This document shows positions 14,676 to 27,599 of a stretch of DNA of 64,000 nucleotides, piece by piece. The position numbers and the translations under genes are program-made. The notes below the pieces were generated by a model. That model was not told where the DNA came from. It worked only from the letters and a program-made list of their open reading frames with translations, and did no database searches. Every line of letters starts with the position of its first letter. The stretch's first letter is position 1. Source of the DNA: Chrysomallon squamiferum (taxonomy: Eukaryota > Animalia > Mollusca); the NCBI GenBank assembly GCA_012295275.1, contig CM022679.1, positions 22,320,001-22,384,000 on the forward strand, in the 5' to 3' direction.

Positions 14676-17600
14676 GTATGTACACAATTTAATATTATTA
14701 ATATAGTGAGACATATGTAATTTACAAAATGACTTTTTTCAAAGTAATTAATTTAAATATAATTGTTATGCATGTTGTGTTATTATTTCTATTGTTGTGA
14801 TCTCTGAGGAAATTTTTAATAAACTGGTTTTCCAGCAGAATAAATATTTTGTATATTTAAAAGTATTATATTAATTTACTGGTTTTATTTACATGTTTGC
14901 TTCTTGGATTTTCCACCCTTAAATCCAGTCATATTTTATTTTGAAATTATTATCAAACATTTAACTGTTTTCAGTTTAATCATATCTTCATGCTAAAGGG
15001 AAGTAAATAATCCATCACAAATTTTTTTATGAATTTTTTTGTATTTAAAAAATAAAAAAACAGACAAAGAAGGCTTGTATGTTAGTAGTATATATCTGAA
15101 ATATTTAACTGTTTTTCAGTTTGCTCGTGGCCCAATGCTGAAAGGACTTTACTGGGAAACTTGGTACAACAATGCCTCAATGGCCGAAGATCAGCTTGGT
15201 TACATCTACTACGAGAACAAGCTACTTGGTGTGCCACGAATTCGACAACTGATGGTCCACAGCAACTCCTGCATCGTCCACGATGATTTCACGTCTGTCA
15301 TTAAAGAATGCTATGACTCCTACTCCCCAAGCATTGAGAACACGAAGAGGATTGGAAATGTAGAGGACAACTACACAGCGTATGTTAATTTTAAACATAA
15401 TTTTTTATTTTATTTCTTCTTCTCTCTGTGTCAGAATTTTTGTATTTGTCCTGTTTTCTTTGTTTAGTACAGTTGATGAATGCTGACATGTGCTAAAAAT
15501 TGAAATGCAGAATTAAATAGATTTATGTAATTTAAAAAAAAAAAACTGTGCTCTGATTTTAATAAGGTTTATCTAAAATACCATAAAGATGTATAATTAC
15601 CATACATTGAATCATTTTCATCTAATTACAAATTTAGCATATCCTGGTGAACACTGTCATTAAAGACTTCTAACTTAGTGATTTCCTTTCTCTGTTTAGA
15701 AAAAAGTAATTTGAAAAAGCTCTTGTTACAGGCATGCTTGTAAATTAAAATTTTAATGTTTCAGATCATTTATATTGTGCATATATGCATATTGTTTATA
15801 TATTAATGTAAGCTTGTACATGTTATATACTTATTTAGACAAATATGTGAATATATCATGCTTATATATTTGTATAAGCTTTTTTAATGTATGTAGACAT
15901 GTGTTACATAGACACACATATGTACTGGCATATGTAATATACATAAACAAATATTTCTGTAACTATTTTGATATTTCAGCTGGTACTACAAGACAGAGAG
16001 TGAACTAAAGGGCTCCTCTCACTGGGGACTGCTTACTACGTACAGTGGGGCAGGTTACATACAGGACTTGAAGACCAGGAAGGCCGAGTCACAGGAAATC
16101 GTTGACCACTTGTTTGACAATCTGTGGATAACGAGAGGAACCAGGGCTGTCTTTATAGACTTCACTGTGTACAATGCCAACATCAACCTCTTCTGTGTCA
16201 TCAGGTGAGTCTGGTTACTTCTGAAGTCCAAAGATCTGTATTGGAATTCATGACTTTTGAAGCAAAAATGTATTTAGTTATTACTTAATAATAATACCAG
16301 CTTGTTGTCCATCAAAATTTTGTATTTGATATGGAGTTTGTGGCTTTTAAAACAGAAATTATAGTTTGTCACTGTTTGATAATACCAGCTATTTATCAAA
16401 ATATTATTGTTATTAAGATTTGTAATCAATCACGATTTGTATATCAATCATATGTTATATATATAAATATGATTTTGATTGTGTAATAAAATTAACTTTT
16501 CTTTGATCATCTTATTTATTTACTTTTTTCATTCATTTTTGAGCTGTTTGGTTATTCCATCATATTTAATATACTGAAGTTTCTATTTATTTTTTTATTT
16601 ATTCAGTTGATTCATTCAACTTTACTTAACTTTAATTTACTTTGCTCAAGCTACACCAATGTTAATTTATATATTTTATTTATTTATTTATTTATTTATT
16701 TAAGATTGTTGGTTGAGTTTCCTGCTACTGGAGGTGCAATTCCATCATGGACGTTCCGAACTGTGAAACTGATCCGCTACGTGACTGTTGGAGACTACTT
16801 CATCATGGCCTGCGAGTTCATCTTCTGTCTCTTCATCCTCTACTACATCGTTGAGGAAGTACTTGAGGTATGCCTTCCCTACCTCTGCTACTAACCTCCC
16901 CCCAAAAAACAATGGTTATTATATTGCAGTACTAACGTTTGGCAAATAATAGACAAAGACGAATGAAAGTGGTGTTATCAGTAACAAACTGGACATGAAG
17001 GATATGAAAATTTGTTAATTTATATTTCCAGTTATATACCAACTTATTACCTTCATATCCAGTTAATTCAGATTTACTAAATAACAAGACAGAAAGTTTT
17101 GACCAAAACAAATAATTACAAGTTAATTATTTCAGAAAACAAAGCAGTCAAACACACACATTTAAAAGTCTGTTTGATAAAATTTCTGTTTCAGATAAAG
17201 AAACACAAACTGTCCTACTTCAAGAGTTTCTGGAACATTCTCGACATCCTTGTCATTATCATTTCTATTGTGTGTGTGGCGTTTGACATATATCGGACAG
17301 TTGCCGTGGGAGACAAGTTGTCTGTGCTGCTGGAGAATGACCAGATCTACGCTGACTTTGAAAGACTGAGCTACTGGGAGACACGTTTCAACAACGCCAT
17401 TGCCATTACTGTGTTCTTGGCATGGATCAAGGTAAAGAGATGTATTTTTTTATTAAAGCGGTATAGTTATTAGTGCTTATTTGATAAATTTTGTGTTTTT
17501 CTTAACAAGGCACTGTCTCTGGGAAATAAAATTATTTCTGAATTATGGATAAATACTGATGAAAAAACCTTTAAAAATCCCCAAATTCCAACAGATTATG

Positions 17601-17744
17601 TCCCTTTACAATCTGATAGTTTGATTATTTCCCTTTAGAATTAAATACTAGGTAGATTTTGGGGGTATTTTTTGTTGTTGTTGTTTGTTCTGTCATACAT
17701 ACATTTCATATTTAAGTAAATTATAATAAGTAACATTGATTTTA

Positions 17745-17775
<31 letters not shown>

Positions 17776-19436
17776 TTCTTGTGGTATCTATGACTTTAGA
17801 AAACTAAAAATTGTTAATATTATTTCTGTTGTAGATCTTCAAGTACATCAGTTTCAACAAGACGATGACACAGCTGTCGTCCACTCTTGGACGTTGTGCC
17901 AAAGATCTGGCTGGTTTTGCAGTCATGTTCTTCATCATCTTCTTGGCCTTCACCCAGCTCGGCTACCTGCTGTTCGGAACCCAAGTGAAAGACTTCAGCA
18001 ACTTCCAGAACTCCTTGTAAGTCTTTACCCTTAACATATAGTTGTTGTTGGAATAGAAATAAAAAAATAAGAAGAATATTTAACAAAACTTCATCCATAT
18101 TGACATTTATGTTGATGACCGGAAAAAAGCAACACAGTAGAGACTTTTTATAAATGACATACCATACCACACCATTTCATAAGCAATAGGATACTGACTG
18201 CAATAGGATTAGTCTGAGGAATATTTACCTTGTTCTGAGTCACTCTACCATTAACCTTTGTTTCATTCTCTCTGTTTAAATTCTTGATTTGTAGATTTTT
18301 AAATTTTTGATATCGAAAACGATAAATTTACAGTTTTGCCTCTTATAAACTGTTACGGCTTATGATCTTTCTTTTATACAAATCTGAGGTTTATTTCATT
18401 TCAGTAGGAATCTAAATTTAACAGCAGAATATATTTTTAAAATATTTGTCTTTCTCTGTTTCAGCTTCACCCTGTTCCGAATCATCCTCGGAGACTTCGA
18501 CTTCCACCAGCTTGAGGCAGCCAACCGAATCCTCGGACCCATCTTCTTCATGCTGTTTGTCTTCTTCGTCTTCTTCGTGCTCATCAACATGTTCTTGGCC
18601 ATCATCAACGACACCTACTCGGAGGTGAAAGGTGACATGGCCAACCAGAAGAATGAGTTTGAGATGACTGACTACTTCAAGAAGGTAAAAAAATATTTGG
18701 GGTTTTTTAAGTATTATTTTGTTAATTAGAATGTAAACTGGAAATAAGAATATATTTTACTTCTACTTTTTGCGTGTAATATTCAGTTATGATACTTTTT
18801 ACATTTCCATACAGAGAATATTTATAATTTTAATACATTTATGGAGACAGTGTAAACTTATTTGTTTTCTCAGTTATAGTTAAGTACTAAAAAGAATTAA
18901 AAAAGTAAAATTCAATATAAAAATATTTATTCTGATAACTCACTACTTAACATTGAATATTAAAGATGAAAATTAGTTTTTTTTACCTTTTTGGCAGTTT
19001 CAAAATTCTATAAAAAGATATTTAAGTTACAATAGAAAAACTCACCTCTGCATTACTAACCTACATAGTATTTTAAATATTAATAAATGATAGTTACAGA
19101 AAACTTTCTTGATTCATTCTCAGAATATTAATATTTAAAAACAAATTAATTTAAAAACACAGAGTGCTCAGAAGGTGCTGGACAAACTGAACTGGAAGAG
19201 AGACAAGATAGTGGACATTCAGAAAGCTCTTCAGTCAGCAGACATCAACCAGGACAAACAGCTTGACTTTGATGAGTGGAGACAGGATCTTAAGAGGTCA
19301 GTTTTATTAAATACTTCTTCATAGTTTAATAATTTAAATAATGTAATAATAATAATAATGACTTGATTTTGATGAGAGGAGACAGAGTCTGAAGAGGTCT
19401 GTTTTATTAAATACTTCTTTATAGTTTAATAATTTA

Positions 19437-19487
<51 letters not shown>

Positions 19488-20738
19488 CTTGACTTCTTAA
19501 GATGTCAGTGTTATTAAAAGAAATAAAAATCTTTTTAATGAAATAAAATAATCCCTAACCAAATAAAATAGTTAAAGTGTGCATAATTAAATTAACTAAT
19601 TATAAATGATAATAATCCAAATAAATACTGCTGGAACTGTAAATTTATATATAAAGATATCGGTATCATAATCATGCTATTGTAAGGATAAGACTGATTA
19701 CATACATACATACACACATATTTATTTAACATTTGTTTACAACATTTTTAATTACAATAATCACTGTTGCAGCCGTGGTTACGCTGATGGTGAGATTGAG
19801 GCTATGTTTGCTAAGTATGACATTGATGGAGACCGTGTTTTGGATGAAGAGGAACAGAGACGCATGCAGGCTGACCTCATTGAACAAAAGGTAAACCTGT
19901 TTTAATACAATGGAATTACTTACACAGCTCAATTAAAATGTTTGTTTTTATATTAAAATTAAAAACAAATTTCACTATCAGTGATAATTATTTCAGATTG
20001 ACCTTAATTTAAATTTAGTTACGTTGATCTGTAATTTAGAACCTCTGTTCTGTAATAAAAAATATTTTTTTTTTTTTTTTTTTTTGTATTTCAATAAATA
20101 AAATTTTAGTTATATTCAGAACCATTTTCCTTCAGCCATTTTATCTTAACCAGAAAAAAAAAAATACAGTATATATATGAAATATATAAAATAATGTGAC
20201 TATGTAACAAACCAAACAGCTAACATGTAAGTATATTTTATTTAATTTTCATCACAGGCTGCACTCAGCAAAGAATATGACGAGCTCGAAGAGAAAGTGC
20301 ACAGACCAGGAACAGGACGCCGTTCAAGCAGCAGAGTCAGTTTCAATGATGACAGTGGCGAAGACAGTGATGATGAAGATAGCGGAACAAAATCATCTCG
20401 TACAGGTCGCACGTCTAGTGGAGTTTCGTACGAAGAATTCACAGTTTTATCTCGGCGAGTAGACAGAATGGAACATTCTATTGGCAGCATTGTATCTAAA
20501 ATTGATGCTGTTCTTGTAAAATTAGAGGCTATGGAAAAAGCCAAATTGAAAAGAAGAGAAACAATGGGAAAGATTTTAGACAGTATTACAGAGGTAGGCG
20601 ATATCTTTTTAATTTCATTTGTTAATTTTGATAATCAGTTTGTGTTGAATTTAATAGACCGTAAGTAAAAGTGATAAGTTAATAACAAGATTGAATTATA
20701 TTTTAATAAGTTGTACATTTTTATTTTGTTTTAATTTC

Positions 20739-20778
<40 letters not shown>

Positions 20779-21937
20779 TTTTTGTTTTTACTTTGATGGG
20801 ATGATTTAAGACATTTAAAAAAATAACCCAGATATTTTCATATATTCATTGCATAATTGTCACATTATTATCATATTAATTTTTTATAAATTAAAAAAGA
20901 AAAACAGATAATAAATTAAATAAGTAACAATATGTTGTTATATTAGTTTTCATGACATTACAACTTCTTTTTTATTCTTACACTTTGATAGTACAACTGA
21001 TAAAAAAAAATTAATAATAATAATAATTATAATAGATGATCAGTTATATAACCAACAACACACTGTTAGCTTTTCATGGCTTACTAACAAATTTCTCTCA
21101 ATTGCAGTCTGATGGTACGAGTGATGAATTAAAAAGAGAACAGATGGAAAGACTTGTTAGGGAGGAACTAGAGAGGTGGGATTCAGAAACGTCCATGGCG
21201 CCAGGCAGTGCCAGGGGTGCTTCACCAAGCGGAACCAGTGGAAGTAGTGGGAGAGGTGGAGCAGTTAGCACAGTCGGGGGGGTGAGGTCACGCTCACGAC
21301 CAGGGTCAGGACAGAATGTAAGTGTTAACATGACAATCTTAGTTTTCTTTTCTGTTATTATATTCACACTCATATCTACCTGTTATTATTTTCATTTTCT
21401 TTTTTGAATTATTGTTGTATTATAATTATTTATTATTATTATTGAGTTTTTTAGATGTGTTTTACATACCAGCGTTATGTTGATTACTTTATTTCATCTG
21501 TTTTATTTGTAGTTTATTTTTTTTTTTTATTTTATTTTTTTTACATCAGTGTTTTCACATCCTGATAGTGCTTAAAACACTTCAAAAATAGTTTGACTGC
21601 AGTGTGTTATTTCCATAGTGCAAAAGATATTATGTCTTCTTTCTTTTCTTCATCTTATTATTTTATCAATGTCTTAGTTTCACTCTGTTTCCATTTAACA
21701 TCAGATTCAGCACTTTATTGCATTTGCCTTTTAAAGTAAATTTTATGTTATTTATTTTTCATGTCACCTTAATTTTATTTATAATTATTTGTTTATTTTT
21801 AGTTAATTCATTTTATTATTATTATTTTGTTTTGATTTGTTTTTTACATCACAAGTTATTCTTTTAGTTTCTTTTTCAATTTAAGTAAGAATGTGTGGAA
21901 AAAACTTGATTTATTTAAATATTTGTTTATTTATTTA

Positions 21938-21975
<38 letters not shown>

Positions 21976-22244
21976 AAATATGACATTATTTTTTTTGAAG
22001 GTCTTACGATACTTTTTGAATTATATGATGTAAAAATATTTGCCAATTTATCACAAATTCTGTCAAATAAAACTTAATAATTATTAAAATAATAACAAAG
22101 GATTGATTATATATCAAAATAGCATTAAAAGGATTAAAATGTTTTGGGTTTTTTCCCATGTTGTCCTTTGAATTACCCATCATGCTTTGCTGACATTAAT
22201 TTCTCTTATGTATCTTTTCCTACCCACAGTCCTCTGAGGTGTAA
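9682..22244 (+). CDS. PKD2: Polycystin-2 (TRPP cation channel), spliced, about 860 aa
   Basis: Coding exons, all GT-AG and in frame: 9682-9922, 12792-12905, 14358-14485, 15120-15379, 15980-16204, 16705-16867, 17195-17431, 17835-18016, 18465-18684, 19163-19296, 19773-19890, 20258-20593, 21108-21317, then terminal 22230-22244 (SSEV*; the last exon is uncertain). Motifs: [14 protein letters not shown] (S1), [43 protein letters not shown] (TOP domain), [11 protein letters not shown], pore [23 protein letters not shown], two EF-hands, coiled coil [21 protein letters not shown], and [17 protein letters not shown]. Confidence 0.95.
19262..19450 (+). repeat. About 99-bp tandem duplication of the 3' end of PKD2 EF-hand exon 19163-19296 plus its donor
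   Basis: cttgactttgatgagtggagacaggatcttaagaggtcagttttattaaatacttcttcatagtttaataatttaaataat recurs at ~19362 as cttgattttgatgagaggagacagagtctgaagaggtctgttttattaaatacttctttatagtttaataatttaaataat. A third remnant lies near 19490-19518. Confidence 0.85.
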
Positions 22245-23042
22245 CCATGGTAATAATTTTTAGTTTGTATGTGTGTGTTTTTCTGTTTTCACTTGTGTTA
22301 ATTTTGTTCTTTTGTTCATGAATGTTTGTTCTTTATTTTGCAATCTTTGATTATGTGGATTCTTTTCTGATTTTTTTTCTTTTCTCTCACTTTTTCTTTT
22401 TTATTATTTAATTATTTATATATTTATTTTTTTTGTTACTAATTTTGTTAATCTGCTTAAGTATTGGTTTCTGTTCATGATCACAATCTCTTTTTACTGC
22501 TACCTTTTATAATTATTTATTATTTTGTTTCTTGTTTTGTTTTGTTCAGGCTTTTATGTAAACAAAGGTAAATTGAATTTCATTGTGGTGAATCGGAAAA
22601 GAGTGAAGAAATATCAACTGCATGTTTCAATAGTTGAAGTTTCTGAATTGAGGACAGTAAAAAAAAAAAAAAAAAAAAAAAAAATGCTGAAATTGAAATT
22701 TAATAAACCTTTATTGAGATAAAATATTAAATAGTTGCATCCCTTTTCAGTTTTTAATCATTTTGTTAATATTTCATGATTTTAAAGCTATTAATTTAAT
22801 CCAGAATTTATTTATATAAAAATTAAATTTTTTTATAAATTGTTTAAATTATTGCTTTATTACGTTCTCTGTAAAATGTCTTTTAGAAACATTCTTGACA
22901 AGTTACTTTTTATCTGTATTTGTTTAATTTTTATTATTCATTTGTTAATTTTATAAAATTGTAAAATACTTTAAGATCTTCTGTCTTCTATGAAAATATT
23001 CTTAACTTTTTAATTTCTTAAACTAAACACTGTAATGTGTAT

Positions 23043-23073
<31 letters not shown>

Positions 23074-24550
23074 TTTTCATGCTTACATACATATATACAT
23101 TTGAAAAATTTAATAAAAATTATTATTAATTTTCACTCGATATACAAATTTATCCATTTCCAACTAACTAAATAATCCATTTTTGAAATTATTCAAAGAA
23201 CTCAAACTTCCAGTTTGTAAAAATGACACAGCTAGTTGAAATTTCTTGCCAAAATTGCTTCATCTCCTTTAACCATAAACTTCTGACACAATAAAATTAT
23301 TTAAAAAATATTGTTATTTCAGATTATCCAAAGTTTCAGTGCATGCTGCTATAAAATAATATACAATCCCTGCAATTAAGAAAAAAATTGTGACAATAAA
23401 TAAATACATATATAAATAAATAAATATATAAATAAATTAAAAAAAGCAATAAAAAATAAATAAAATTGCTGACAAAAATAGCATTAATAGAATTTTCCAA
23501 TTATATTTTTCCTTTAACCTTTTTCAGTTCTGAATCAGACACTGAATATTAAAATAATTAATTTTAAAACCATTTTGATAACAGAAGTTTTATGTCTTTG
23601 TCAGTTTCTATAGTACTGCCAAATTCTACAGGTAATTGCAAGGGTTGTATGTAATTAATCATAAAATACATACAGTGTGTTATTTTGCTTTTATTTCAAT
23701 ACATGCCTTAACATTTGACTTCAGCAGATTTTCAGTTTTAATAGTTTTAAATTGCATTAAAATTTAAAAATCAATTTTGTAAAAATTGTGCCATCTTTTG
23801 TTCTTAGCATTTATTTTTAAAATTTAATGATTTATATATTTACATGTGTTTGAGATACTGCCTTGTATTAAATTTAAAAATTTTAAATGACAATTTCTTG
23901 AATACTGTCACTTTATACACATACACACATACACATCTTATAAAATGAGGTAAGCTATATTATTATCATGTTTATAAAAACAAACAAAAAAACCAATCAC
24001 AGTTTCAGATAAATTCATTTAATATACAGTTTTATATATATAATTAAATTATGATTAAAATTATAGTTTTAGGTGATGACAGAAAAATGTCAAGGCATGT
24101 CTCTGTAATGGTGGGATGGTATTTTACTTTGACTTAAACCTTTGGTTTCATTGGTTTGTTAAATTTCGAGAGTTTTTTAAAATGTGAATGTGGACTTTTT
24201 TATGCTTACAAGCTTTAATTATGATGTTTTAACTGATGTGAAGGAACTGAAATAGATGGATTGTATCATACTTAATAACTGAAAACAAAATACAACAACA
24301 ACAGCTAATAATAATAATAACAGAGCTTAAGGTTGAAATGTATAGAATAAAAATTTTATATCAGTATTTATGTTAATTACCTTCATTTCAAATAAATGAT
24401 TCCAGATAAATTTATTCAAGAAAGATAAATGTGTCTGAAAAAATGATTATGTATTTGTTTTTTTTAAATTTTATTTAACCAGTTATAAACAAGACATTTT
24501 TTATTAGTTATTTTCATTTTTTGTGTATGTTTATTGTTTACTTTCTGAGA

Positions 24551-24599
<49 letters not shown>

Positions 24600-24730
24600 T
24601 ATTCATTGTAATATTGAATTTTACATAAAAAAAATTAAATCACAACAGTTTTATAAACACTTCATTTTGTTATTAATTGTAGTGGTTCATATATACTATT
24701 TTTATTTATTTATTTATTTATTTATTGCAG

Positions 24731-24766
24731 GGAGAAGACGACCATGTTGCTACAACAACACTTTAA
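24731..24766 (+). CDS. PKD2: Candidate alternative terminal coding exon of PKD2 (GEDDHVATTTL*)
   Basis: Strong acceptor (TTTA)n-ttgcAG ends at 24730. In phase 0 after exon end 21317 it reads GGA GAA GAC GAC CAT GTT GCT ACA ACA ACA CTT TAA, followed by more complex UTR-like sequence. Confidence 0.55.
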   Translation, partial: GEDDHVATTTL

Positions 24767-27599
24767 CTCTACTGCACATCACTGCTGACTCGAAAACATT
24801 CCCTGTCGTGTTTGTGTTGTGTGTCGTCATTTAGTCACAAACATTGTTACTACAGCAACAGAGCTGCATTTTGTGCTTTTCACTTGTTTTCTTTATACCT
24901 CTGGACATTTTTTCAATTAATATTTAATTTGGTATGATCAACAAAAAAAATAAAAATATATATACATATACATACACATATATATATACAGACTTTTTCG
25001 TACAAAGTATTCTTGAATTCTGTTTTATGATAAATTCAGTTTAATGCTAATTAAATAAATGGATTAAAGGAATGTAATACATTTCTGGTTCACATAGGTT
25101 CACATTATGTAAAGATAAAATTATCTTAATGTTTTATTCTGAAAAAGACAGTTTAAAATATATATTTATAGTGCAGAAAGTACAGATGTTAAAATTACTA
25201 AATGATTATTTTTTAAAGTTTCTTTACATTAAAACCAAAAAAAAAAAAAAAAAAAAAAAGGATAGTGGAAAATAAATTAATAAATTAATAGTTTAAAACC
25301 AAAGGTTATCAGTTGAAAAAAAAACTGATTTTATTCTAAAAATGTACTGATGTATATTTTTTTGACTTTTTACCTTTTCAGTGATCATACCACATTTTGA
25401 AATAGTACTTAATGTTTTATTATTTATTTACATTAATTTACAATCCTGCATAATCATTACTGTAATTTGTCACTTGTTTTTAGTGCTACGGATATTAATT
25501 TTTCAATTGTGTAATGTCATTATTTCTGAGTTTTATATTTTGACCTCTTAGTTATTGTTACATTTATGAACGATTTATATGTTTAGTTTTCTTGTCAAAA
25601 TATGGGACCATTATCTAGTCATGCTCTGTTTTTCTTGTATTTATCTTGTTCATATTCTTTCTGACTTTTATTTTTATTTTTATTTTTTTTTTAAATGATT
25701 TTATTTTCATCAAAATCACGACAATAAAAAATTTAACGCTATCATTATCTTTGAAAAATGTTCTATAGACATTGTTTTGCTATCCCGTCCTGATAACAAA
25801 TCCGTCCAAAGTCTTTACCAATCAAAATAATAAATATATATATATATATATATCTGAAATTGTATACTCCTAAAATAATAATTCTGAAGTTATATTTTTC
25901 AGAAAGTTTCATTATGATGTGCCATACAGTATTTTTTTGCATTCTAAACAAATAAAGTGTACTGCTGATATAAAAAAAAATGAAAAACAAAATCACACCT
26001 GTTATTTAATTTTTATTATTTATTTTTTTATTTTTAATGATATACATATATGTAGAATACTGTATATTCTTAACAACAACCAAAAAAAAAAGATGCTGAA
26101 TATTATTACTGCTGTTTTAATATCTGTTGAGTCATGCCATGCATGTATAAAATACTGTGATACTTCTTCATACATCACTAATTACAAGACACACGATGTT
26201 ATACTGACCTCAGTTGTTTTTTCTGAAAAAAACCCATCTAATAATGATTTTTGGTTTGTTACCTGTACTGGTAATTTTTAAATATTTGTGTATTTCATAA
26301 TTTGTTACAAAATAATTGAACTTAAAAAAAAAGAAAGAAAGAATAATCCTTGCTGATATATATACTTGACTGGTTTAGGTATATTTTTCACAGAAGATTA
26401 TTTTTTTTTATAATTTAAATTTTTTGATGCAAAAATGTATTTTGTAATCAGGTATATAGTTCATAAATTAACCAAACTGTTGGTGGCTTTAGTATATGAA
26501 ATTAATACTTTGTGGAGTTTTCTGATTTTCTGAGATGTAAAAATTCTTTATAATGAATTTCAGTACAATAAGCTCAAATAATTTTTCTGTTGACTTGTTT
26601 ATTTATATATATATATAAAATATATTCAAAGCATTTTCGATCAAAAAGATTTTTATGATGTTTTTGTATATAAATAACGTGTTTGTATATGCATATTTAT
26701 TTTTAACATGTCCTTATATTTATAGCTTACATAAGTTTTGAATATATTCATAAAATGCATAATGAGTTAAATCAGTGAGATTTAAATTAAGTATTTTATT
26801 ATTTTATTATGGAAATCCATTAATGTAAAATGATGATAATTTTAAAACGTAATATATATATATATATATATATTAATAAAAAGACCATAAATATGTTAGC
26901 AACAGAAAAATAAGAATGTTATATGAATTTTTCAGTGGACTGATACAGTTTTTTGAAGATTTACTATTAACTGTTAGTTTTCACTGTTACCAAACAGTTA
27001 TTAATTTCTGTCTGAAGCTTTCTGTGTATGTATAATTTAGCTGTAATTATTTTTATGGTCCCAGGCAGGTTTTTATCTATTAGTTTATTTGATTATTTAC
27101 TTCTTTCTTTTTTTTAAATTTCTTTCTTTCCTTCCAGTCTTGCATAACTGGCTTTCATTGTGTAAAATTTGCCAAAAAAAAAAAAAAAATGTTTAATAAA
27201 GCAAAATTTTAATTTATTTGCTCAAAATCAGTCATTAATTTTATTTGAAGATCAAAAATCAAAGTCAACTTTGAATTGAAGAGTTTTACACAAACTTCGC
27301 AAAATCTGAAGAAATCTTTAAAATAATTTTAATTCAAAAAAAAACTTTCACTAATTAAAATTTTGTGCTAATCTAAATTTGAAAAAATTAAAACAGTGTA
27401 AAATTAAAAACAATAATTTTAAGTTTTCTGTAAAATTAAACTTCATCTTTTATACAAAAAAAAAATTGAAGAAATTTATATATTTATTAATTATATTATG
27501 ACATTCTAAATCTAAATTTGAAAATAAAATTTAAAAAATAATAGTATTTCTTCATCTTTTATACTTGTTACAATATTTGTTGTTATTAAATTTATATCC

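Noticed and set aside
17820-21373. Antisense ORFs overlapping PKD2 exons (17820-18170, 18396-18614, 20242-20544, 21098-21373)
   Set aside because: Shadow ORFs of the sense-strand codon bias, with no independent support.
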